DNA of 64,000 bases, from IMG/VR virus record IMGVR_UViG_3300024308_000018, positions 1-64,000 of that record; one strand, 5' to 3'. Below, in pieces: positions 56,878-64,000 of this stretch. A program made the position numbers and the translations under genes. The notes under the pieces were generated by a model, which saw only the letters and a list, made by a program, of their open reading frames with translations, did not search any database and was not told the origin of the DNA. How positions within the stretch are numbered: the stretch's first letter is position 1; every line of letters starts with the position of its first letter.

Positions 56878-57843
56878 TTACTCCGTTACGTCGTCGCTGC
56901 CTACGTCACCTGTCCCAGTGACCGGACGCTCGCTCACGCGCCAGTACGTGTAGTCACCGATGTGCAGCGAGAGGCCCTTGTTGTCTTCTATGAGTGTGCG
57001 CACTGCGTGAGTTGCGCGCGTCACGCACGACACACGTTCTACCAATGCGGTACTGGTCGTTGTACTGTGACGATTCACCAAGGCACTGCGCACGGACTCC
57101 ACATCGTGGGGATAGCGGCGGCCCAAGTCGAACACGTTCTCTTCAGCGCGCAGAGTGTCGTTTTCCACGACACGCAATACACGCAGGCCATAACGGCGAC
57201 GTATCTTGTTCCGCACGTAGGTCTCGGCTTTGTACGCGAGCTTGTGCATGCCACGCACGATGGAGAATCCGTTGGGGCAACCCAGATAGCAATCGCCCAT
57301 ACCGCCGAAGTAGCCGTAGTCGAGGAACACTAGGCGGCCGTCTGCGGTGTAACCGAGATTGCGCATGTAGCCATCGTCGTGAAAGCGGAAGCCTTTGACG
57401 TTGAACGTCGCATCCATTGTCGCGAAGTCACGTTCAAAGTTCGGCTCGTCGACTACGGGCGCACAGCGTCGGCTGATCTGGACGAGGCCGAAACGGTCGG
57501 CCCACAGGATCTCATTGAGAAACGGATAGTTCCACTTGTGCGTGCCGCTTTCGCTACACCACCAGTAACGTTCCTCCAACTGTTCACGGAAACCCGAAAT
57601 CATCCGCACGAAGTTTGCGAACGTCGGGAACTTGAACACCAGATGGCCGATCATGAATCCCCAGCGGCGTGAGCCGCTGAAGAATTCCAGCGCCTTGGAG
57701 ATCTTCGGAGCTGGGGCCGCCATGGAGTAGCGGTAATCCACGATGGCTTTGCGGCGGCGCTCTTCGTGCGCACGCTCCTGCTCGTCGGGTTTTGCATTGC
57801 GATACCAATCCTTGTAGCGCTCAGCTTCAGATTTCTGAGACAT
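56878..57843 (-). CDS. Protein kinase-like protein
   Basis: G..R, VFKFP (Lys), E, DGYMRN (DxxxxN) and LVFLDYG in kinase order. Confidence 0.65.
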   Translation of the reverse strand: MSQKSEAERYKDWYRNAKPDEQERAHEERRRKAIVDYRYSMAAPAPKISKALEFFSGSRRWGFMIGHLVFKFPTFANFVRMISGFREQLEERYWWCSESGTHKWNYPFLNEILWADRFGLVQISRRCAPVVDEPNFERDFATMDATFNVKGFRFHDDGYMRNLGYTADGRLVFLDYGYFGGMGDCYLGCPNGFSIVRGMHKLAYKAETYVRNKIRRRYGLRVLRVVENDTLRAEENVFDLGRRYPHDVESVRSALVNRHSTTTSTALVERVSCVTRATHAVRTLIEDNKGLSLHIGDYTYWRVSERPVTGTGDVGSDDVTE

Positions 57844-58195
57844 CTTCTTCCCTCTCTATGTCCAGCAGGTCAACGGTTTGACCGCTCAGTTCATGCGTAG
57901 TGTCCGGTAGGAATTGCGCACGGCCATCAGTGATCCACGTGTGGCAGCGAACCTCTACCGCCTTGGTTCCCACAAGGCGTTGCGTTGTGCTCAACACACT
58001 CGGGTGCAGAGTCGGGGCATTCACTGATCCGTTCCAGCTCCAACAGTTGGTGCCAGCTCGGGTGCCGCGCAGTATCACCGGAATGTAGCGCGTTGGAATC
58101 GGGCCGGGCATATTGAGTTCAACGTGCGTTGCTTCCTCGACGCTGCAATCGAAGTACCCCTGCCCGTAAACGAGTTTGACTGGACGTGCTTTCAT
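57827..58195 (-). CDS. DUF6527-like putative metal-binding protein
   Basis: W.WNG....PTL.PSV...CH..I.DG...F..D.TH.L.GQTV.L. Confidence 0.65.
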   Translation of the reverse strand: MKARPVKLVYGQGYFDCSVEEATHVELNMPGPIPTRYIPVILRGTRAGTNCWSWNGSVNAPTLHPSVLSTTQRLVGTKAVEVRCHTWITDGRAQFLPDTTHELSGQTVDLLDIEREEDVSEI

Positions 58196-58806
58196 CGCCG
58201 CAGCCTCGCCAGATTAAGGTGCTCGACTACGGATTCTAAATTGTAGACGACTGCCGCGCGATTGCGACGCACCAGATCAGCAACCGACTGAATGGATCGT
58301 GATTGAGCTTCCGTCCAGAAGTCGCCATCATCTGCGCTCAGCACACAGAGCACGGTGCGGCGCGGGCGCTTGTTGCTATCGTCCACAACTTCAGCGACCG
58401 AATACACGCCAGTCATCTTGGGAGTGAGAACGTAGAGACACACGTCGCAGGATTCGCGTTCCTGAATCTCGATAGCCTTGCACTCCGGCGTCCAATCAGG
58501 CACGACAGGATCGAAGTAATCGAAGCCCTGACGCACCAACATCGGAATCAGGGTCTCACGCCACTTGCTATCGTTACACGTGCCGCCGAGGAAAACGCGC
58601 ATCTTCCGGATCTGCTGAGGATGGCCGGAGTGGTAGCGTTCACGCTTTTGGATTTCTTCAGCGTCGCGTTCGCGCGCAATCACGTGAGCGGGAGAGTTGT
58701 CGCCCGCGTAGTTCTTGGCGTCGAGCACTACCTGCTGGCGCATTTCCTGATCGAGCTTCTGCTCTTCGCTGGGCTTCGGAGCTTCCATGAAAAGTTTGTC
58801 ACCCAT
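58192..58806 (-). CDS. Nucleoside 2-deoxyribosyltransferase-like protein
   Basis: VFLGGTC...WR, YF.PVV.DW, E...CD..LYV.T....GVYS.AE. Start revised to 58806. Confidence 0.8.
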   Translation of the reverse strand: MGDKLFMEAPKPSEEQKLDQEMRQQVVLDAKNYAGDNSPAHVIARERDAEEIQKRERYHSGHPQQIRKMRVFLGGTCNDSKWRETLIPMLVRQGFDYFDPVVPDWTPECKAIEIQERESCDVCLYVLTPKMTGVYSVAEVVDDSNKRPRRTVLCVLSADDGDFWTEAQSRSIQSVADLVRRNRAAVVYNLESVVEHLNLARLRR

Positions 58807-59077
58807 GGCGACCTTCCTTGCACGCGGCCTTTCTGGTAGCGGCACGCAGCAGATCTTCCAGCGTTTCAGTCTGCCAGACCGGGAGCAGGGCATCGGCCCG
58901 GCCAGTGAACACCAGCCACGCGCAACGCAGACGAGCCCGCAGAGTGTCGTGGAACGGATGCGGACGGGCCGGGATCCAGTTGCCGGAGTTCGGGCACTTC
59001 GCCATCGTGGTCTCGCCCCGTTCACGCAGTTCCTTGTGGGTCAGGACATCCGGGGCATGGTTCTTGAAGATGCGCAT
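58799..59077 (-). CDS. Conserved-type phage hypothetical protein
   Basis: W.PARP....R.R.AW.VFTG.ADAL motif, which I recognise from phage proteins. Confidence 0.65.
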   Translation of the reverse strand: MRIFKNHAPDVLTHKELRERGETTMAKCPNSGNWIPARPHPFHDTLRARLRCAWLVFTGRADALLPVWQTETLEDLLRAATRKAACKEGRHG

Positions 59078-59078
59078 T

Positions 59079-59975
59079 TTAAATCTCCGCTACGTAGGTT
59101 TGAAGATCGTGGACTACGGAATCGAACAGGTGAACGTTCGACGGCTTGTCATTGAGCGAGGCGGCCAGACTGTTGGAAGTGCAGTAACCGACGCGGCCCT
59201 TGTTGGGCAACGCATCGTTGAGAGTACGCACGACGTACTGACTGCTCAGCAGTTCAGGGTGGCTCAACACAACGCGGTGAATGTCGCGCGATACCAGAAC
59301 ACGCGTCAGCACGTGCATGAGGTAGGCACCGCGAGCCGGGTCTGCTTCGTGCTTCCGCAGCGCGGACAGCAGGTAGCGCTCAAGGTACGATTGCGGCAGA
59401 ACCGCAAGAACGTTGTCGCCCTCAACCTCGCCATACGGCAGGAACGGGAACGGGTTGGCGTCCACGGCTTCGGCGAACGGGTCGTGCGCAAAAATCGTGG
59501 GGCGCAGCGTAAGGTGCGATTGCAGGAACTCACACGGTGCGTCGGTGAACAGGAAGATGGGGCCGAGGTGGCAGCGGATCATCTTTGCCACTTGCATGAG
59601 GTTGTCCGCCAGTTGCGGCATGTCGAGAATCAGCGGAGCTTGAGCGAACTTGCTAGACATCTCGCTCAGCCCCTGCGCGTTCGTGGTCACACCACTGCCC
59701 TCGACGCGGCTGATAGTCGGGTCACCTTCACCCAGCAGTCCCTTGCAGTAGCGATGCAACTGCCCAGCGGTCAGGAACATTGCATGCGAGCCGAAGAATT
59801 CTTCGTGCAACAGGCGGTTGAGAGTGAAGGTGAGGCCGGAGCGCGGGACAGCGGTGTAGACAACGTTGAAGCCAGACTTCATCGCGCTGCCCAGTACGTT
59901 GATCAGAGTCTGGTCACTGTGGCGGAAGAGAGGGTCAACGCCAGTAGCCATCGCAGTTTCCTGTTGATCATTCAT
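59079..59975 (-). CDS. Hypothetical protein with a degenerate P-loop
   Basis: PRSGLT after a beta strand and LILD (Walker B-like); the Walker A lysine is absent. Confidence 0.55.
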   Translation of the reverse strand: MNDQQETAMATGVDPLFRHSDQTLINVLGSAMKSGFNVVYTAVPRSGLTFTLNRLLHEEFFGSHAMFLTAGQLHRYCKGLLGEGDPTISRVEGSGVTTNAQGLSEMSSKFAQAPLILDMPQLADNLMQVAKMIRCHLGPIFLFTDAPCEFLQSHLTLRPTIFAHDPFAEAVDANPFPFLPYGEVEGDNVLAVLPQSYLERYLLSALRKHEADPARGAYLMHVLTRVLVSRDIHRVVLSHPELLSSQYVVRTLNDALPNKGRVGYCTSNSLAASLNDKPSNVHLFDSVVHDLQTYVAEI

Positions 59976-60486
59976 GTGTGGTTCCCCAGATCATTTCCAT
60001 CAGCTGATTGAGTTCGACCAGAATAAAGTCGAGATAGTAGAGCGTGAACTGCTGCCACGCGGTGGCACCCAGTGTAGTCAGGCGGTAATCAAACGTGCCG
60101 TCCTCGTCTTCATCTAGCACACAGAAGCCACTGTGCAGCAGAGTCTTGTACGACGCGGTAGGGGCGGCGTAGATGCGCAGGCCGTACAGCTCATTGAATG
60201 CGAGGCTGCACAGTGCGGACGCCACACCACGGGAGAGGTGCATGCCGCGCTCGCCATACGGATAAGGCGCAACGCAGAACTTGGCCCTCTGCCAGAGCAG
60301 CACCGCGACGGTGGCTTCGATGATCGTGCGCTCGCGAAGTTGCGTCGGCTTCTTCACCGGGCGACGACGTACAGCGTTGCGCTCAAAGTCAGCGATGGTA
60401 GCAATCGGCATTTCGAGGAAATCGCGCGGGGCGATGTTGTCGACGATGCGGGCGATTGCGGGGTTATCCTTGTAGTCTCTTTTCAT
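59968..60486 (-). CDS. Hypothetical protein
   Basis: Start revised to 60486 (TAATG overlap). Confidence 0.6.
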   Translation of the reverse strand: MKRDYKDNPAIARIVDNIAPRDFLEMPIATIADFERNAVRRRPVKKPTQLRERTIIEATVAVLLWQRAKFCVAPYPYGERGMHLSRGVASALCSLAFNELYGLRIYAAPTASYKTLLHSGFCVLDEDEDGTFDYRLTTLGATAWQQFTLYYLDFILVELNQLMEMIWGTTHE

Positions 60487-60683
60487 TACGGGGCCTTTAC
60501 GAATTTCGTGCGCCACTCTGAAATCGGACGTGACCAAACATGTCCGTGAGTCAGGCAGCGGTAAACCACAGTTGGTTTGAACTTGTAGAGTTGGGTGCTC
60601 GCCAAGTTAGACAGCGCGATTATCTCATAGCGCCGCCCACTAGATACGTGCACCCATACTCCGGTCAGGTCATCGACGGGCAT
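60486..60683 (-). CDS. DUF1653-like small beta-barrel protein
   Basis: W.H..SG..Y.II......VVYR......W.RP..E...KF. Confidence 0.7.
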   Translation of the reverse strand: MPVDDLTGVWVHVSSGRRYEIIALSNLASTQLYKFKPTVVYRCLTHGHVWSRPISEWRTKFVKAP

Positions 60684-60684
60684 A

Positions 60685-61059
60685 TCAGCGGCGGGTGACT
60701 GCTGCGGGAACGCCGACCGGATTCAACATCGCGCGGTAGCTACGAATATCCTTCGAGCCGAACAGCGCCAGCAGCACCTTGCTACCAGCTTCGGTCAACG
60801 CAACCGCATGCTTACCCTTGTGGACGATCTCGTTGTAGACCTTGCCGTAGCACGCACCATGCTGCACCAGAGTGTACGCAGGATCGTCATTGCAGATTAC
60901 ACCGACGTCAGCCAGCTTCAACATAACCGAAAGGTCTGCCATGTTCAGGTCGTAGGTTACGCCTTCGGTGATGCCATTAGCCATAACACTGAAGCACTTG
61001 AGGCTAGTCAGCTGCTCGGGGCTGACGTCAGCCAGCTTGTTAGATTCAATCATCATCAT
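60685..61059 (-). CDS. Hypothetical protein
   Basis: 124 aa, AGGAG RBS, ATGA overlap. Confidence 0.65.
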   Translation of the reverse strand: MMMIESNKLADVSPEQLTSLKCFSVMANGITEGVTYDLNMADLSVMLKLADVGVICNDDPAYTLVQHGACYGKVYNEIVHKGKHAVALTEAGSKVLLALFGSKDIRSYRAMLNPVGVPAAVTRR

Positions 61060-61784
61060 TCTTCTCCTGTGTTTTGAACGTAGATGTCGGTGACGTCAGC
61101 CTTGCGATCAAGGCTGCCATTCACGAATCCGATCTCGAACGGGCGAACGCTGTTCTTACGGGCAGCGTCCTCCACACTCATTCCCTTCGCTACGTCGTTC
61201 AATGCTTTCTGCAAGCGCAGTGCAATCGGACGTTGCATAACTTCCATTATGCCTTCGAGCACGTGGTGCTTGCTCTTGGTGATTCCGGCCAGCGTCTTGC
61301 GCAGTTCGGTAAGATCCTTGTCCTTACCAGTCAGCCACTGACAGCACGCGGTGGTCGCTGGCTTCTGCGCCACACGACTCGGCAGGTCGTAGATGTGCGA
61401 CATCAAATCACCGAACAGCGAATACTGCTGCACGATGTCCAGCACACGCTCCGTCATGCCACCGCTCACTGGCTTCTTCGGCACGCGAATCACTTGATCG
61501 AAGTCAACGTCCATGATGGAGTCGACATCATCGTCGGCGGGCGCGATACCCCAGCGACCCAAATCGAATGCTGACCCGAAGACATAGATCTTGTACTTCA
61601 TCACCCGCAACAGCGCCGCGTTCTCTTCGAAGTCCGCGAAGTCGAACATGATCAGGTGGTCGATCTTCTTGGATGAAGGAGGCACGTCGCCGGACTTCAG
61701 AATGTGGATACGTTTCGGATCTACGGTTTTGATCAAACGCCCGAACACTTGCTCGGGCCCTTGGTGTGCAAAGCCTATAACCAT
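61056..61784 (-). CDS. Hypothetical protein with a possible C-terminal HTH
   Basis: Start revised to 61784 (TGATG overlap with sbcC). AL..V..GMS...AA....V..F resembles an HTH. Confidence 0.55.
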   Translation of the reverse strand: MVIGFAHQGPEQVFGRLIKTVDPKRIHILKSGDVPPSSKKIDHLIMFDFADFEENAALLRVMKYKIYVFGSAFDLGRWGIAPADDDVDSIMDVDFDQVIRVPKKPVSGGMTERVLDIVQQYSLFGDLMSHIYDLPSRVAQKPATTACCQWLTGKDKDLTELRKTLAGITKSKHHVLEGIMEVMQRPIALRLQKALNDVAKGMSVEDAARKNSVRPFEIGFVNGSLDRKADVTDIYVQNTGEE

Positions 61785-64000
61785 CAATATGATTCCTCTA
61801 CCGTGGAGACACCGCCGCTCTTCACAATCGTCCACTTGGGAACATCGTCACCGAACACGTCAGTGTCGAGCGGGGTGATCCAGAACACGTGCGGGACAAT
61901 GCTCATTAACTTCGGCAGGAACTCGGTGATCAGGTGCTCACGAACTCCGGGCGAGCAAGTGTTATCCGGCTCGTCCAGTATGATGAAGTTCGGGCGCTTG
62001 TGCTCTGGCGCAAACACCAACATGGTTACCGCCCACAGCAAGGCAAAGCAGTTACTCTCTGCACCACTGAGGTTCGCAATGTCTGATGTCCTTCCGTCGT
62101 GGCGGATGGCCTGCGCCTCTACCTCGTTCCTGTTATTTACAGCTAATCGGAAGCGCATTGACTCGGGGAACGCCAGCGACTGCAACTCGTTGAGTTGTTC
62201 CTCAATCATGCCCAGTACCTCGGCCACTGCCTGCGACTTGATGTCACCAGCGTAAGCCTTCTGCATGACCTTGTAGAGCTTGAGACGCTGCATCACGTCT
62301 TCTGAGGCGTCCAGTTCGGTACGCAGGCGACGCACGGTTTTCAACACGCTGCGCTTCTGCATGTAGGCAGCACGCAGCGTTGAAACCTCTTTCGCCGCCT
62401 TGTCGCTCTGGCCCAACAGCTTGACGCGCTTGTCATCCAGCACCTTGATTCTGGTGTCGAGGGTTGCGACGTCCACGTCGTGCTCGGGCAGTTCCGCCAG
62501 CTGGTCACGCAGCTCAATGAAGGTGCTGAGTGCCCGGCCCCTTGCTTTGATTTCCTTCGACGTCAACTTGGTGGCTGGCTTCTTCACGGCACGCGGTTCA
62601 CGCAATGCCCGCAACTCACGTTGGAGTTCGGTGCGCTCACGTTGCAGCTGTTCCGTTTTCTCAAGCTCGTCGAGTTCACGTGCAAGGTCGCGGCCTTCAG
62701 CTTTCAACGCCTTAACGTTAGGCATTGGCGGCAGTGCCTCCAACTCTGCAACGATTTCGGCCCGAGTATCCAACCCGTCGAAGTATGCAAGCGCATGATC
62801 GATCTCAACCAAGCGCTTCTGCGCACGCAGCGACGCTTTCTTCAAAGCAGCGACGTCTACTTTCTGGCGGCAAGTAGGGCACACGCAACCTTTCTTGTCG
62901 CTGACGATCTCTGAACCAAACTCTTTGGCGACCTTGATGATTGCGCGCTCTGCCGCTCTGTCTTCCAGCCATGACTCACGTTCCCCTTCCATCGGATTGG
63001 GATATTCGGAAAGCAGCTCGTCAATGCGACGAATGCGGGCTCTGAGTTCCCCGCGCTTCTCCTTGGTGTCGTCGGCCGCATCCAGCTCTTCATCGATCTC
63101 GGTCAGGCGGTCACGGATTTCATCGACACGCGCACTGACAGGTTCTTTGCTGACTTTGATGGCCTTCAGTTTCTTGGACAACGCCGCGTGCGCTTCGTCG
63201 TACTCTTCCTTTCGCGCAAGGTAGTTGCGATAGTCGGCCAGATCGTCGACTAGCTTTTCCAGCTTGGCGATCTCGGCTTCCGGATCATCGGACTTCACGT
63301 CGAGGTCATCGAGGCGCGATTGCAACGTGTGACGTTGCTTCACTGCGCTGCGCTGCTCGCGGTACTTCTGAATCTTGGTCAGGATTCCGCTGTCGCCCAT
63401 GAGCTGATCGCGGATCTTGGCTTCGCGGGCTTCCGCGTCGTCTACCTGCTCCTTAGTAACCTTGATTGCCTTCAACTCGACTTCGGCAACCTGCAACTCG
63501 GACGCCAAGGTTTCCGCGCGGTCGGCTTCCTTCTGAGTGGCGCTGACCTTCGCGCTGAAATTTGCACGGAGCTTGTCGTACACGTCGAGATCGAACAAGT
63601 CGATGATGTACTTCATACGCTCGGTGCCCGTTACGCGCTGGAACGGGTGCGGACGCTGAGTCGTCAGGTACGCGTAGGAATAGAACTCGGCTTGGCTGAG
63701 CGGGAACATCTTGCGAATCCAGTCCCGCCCAACTTCTTGACGGCTCTTGTGGACTTCCATATCCACGCCGTCGATTTCGATGAAGTAGTTCTTGCTGTTG
63801 AGTGCGGCTTTCACCTTCTGCCCGAGGTGCGACCACTCGAACCCAATGCGACTTTCCTTGTCATTGAGTGCCTTCTTCTTGCTGCTGCGTTTGGTCAGCG
63901 AGAGAGGATCGTTGTCGTACATGAGAATGGGGAGCGTGCCCCACAGAACAGACTTACCAACACCGTTGCGGTTGTTGGGCGTATCCGAATCCAGATTACG
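61784..64000 (-). CDS. sbcC: SbcC/Rad50-like (gp46-like) ATPase, 5' end outside window
   Basis: The frame is open to the edge and includes Walker A NGVGKS. Coiled coils, CPTC zinc hook, LSGAE signature and IILDEP Walker B are present. Confidence 0.93.
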   Translation of the reverse strand, partial: RNLDSDTPNNRNGVGKSVLWGTLPILMYDNDPLSLTKRSSKKKALNDKESRIGFEWSHLGQKVKAALNSKNYFIEIDGVDMEVHKSRQEVGRDWIRKMFPLSQAEFYSYAYLTTQRPHPFQRVTGTERMKYIIDLFDLDVYDKLRANFSAKVSATQKEADRAETLASELQVAEVELKAIKVTKEQVDDAEAREAKIRDQLMGDSGILTKIQKYREQRSAVKQRHTLQSRLDDLDVKSDDPEAEIAKLEKLVDDLADYRNYLARKEEYDEAHAALSKKLKAIKVSKEPVSARVDEIRDRLTEIDEELDAADDTKEKRGELRARIRRIDELLSEYPNPMEGERESWLEDRAAERAIIKVAKEFGSEIVSDKKGCVCPTCRQKVDVAALKKASLRAQKRLVEIDHALAYFDGLDTRAEIVAELEALPPMPNVKALKAEGRDLARELDELEKTEQLQRERTELQRELRALREPRAVKKPATKLTSKEIKARGRALSTFIELRDQLAELPEHDVDVATLDTRIKVLDDKRVKLLGQSDKAAKEVSTLRAAYMQKRSVLKTVRRLRTELDASEDVMQRLKLYKVMQKAYAGDIKSQAVAEVLGMIEEQLNELQSLAFPESMRFRLAVNNRNEVEAQAIRHDGRTSDIANLSGAESNCFALLWAVTMLVFAPEHKRPNFIILDEPDNTCSPGVREHLITEFLPKLMSIVPHVFWITPLDTDVFGDDVPKWTIVKSGGVSTVEESY

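Noticed and set aside
1-64000. Stop-codon reassignment
   Set aside because: Standard code gives dense, full-length genes ending in TAA, TGA and TAG with normal coupling.

Overview
This window is part of a large (jumbo-type) myovirus genome. Every credible gene lies on the minus strand, is tightly packed and often translationally coupled; the long plus-strand ORFs are antisense shadows. In transcription order (right to left) it contains: SbcC/Rad50 (cut by the window edge); an accessory island (DUF1653-like, NDT-like, DUF6527-like, protein kinase-like, a five-repeat fusion protein, a secreted protein); SbcD/Mre11; a histone-like basic protein; probable head/neck proteins; an HNH nuclease; a 2049-aa SNF2-like ATPase; a replication block (family A DNA polymerase with a UDG-like N-terminal domain, clamp-like protein, SF2 helicase, MT-A70 methyltransferase, DEDD exonuclease); a self-contained operon of putative virion-injected effectors; HAD and HD phosphohydrolases; and a tail operon (GH24 lysozyme, sheath, Ig-repeat fibre, paralogous fibre subunits). 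From memory the gene content resembles PaBG/Lu11/Y3-type jumbo phages, but I could not check this. The main finding is a shared N-terminal tag (hydrophobic-x(0-1)-S-x-S-[A/G/K], e.g. MKIQLSISA, MQIQLSLSG, MINISTSA) on otherwise unrelated proteins. The tag is concentrated in one promoter-to-terminator operon (20.3-27.7 kb) that encodes two ADP-ribosyltransferase-like proteins and two paralogues with a conserved N-domain and variable C-domain. This suggests a capsid-targeting/protease-processing system for injected effectors. Two recurring promoter-like motifs (CTGTAAAS and TAATTT) are also visible. All family assignments come from motif recognition by eye, not database searches.
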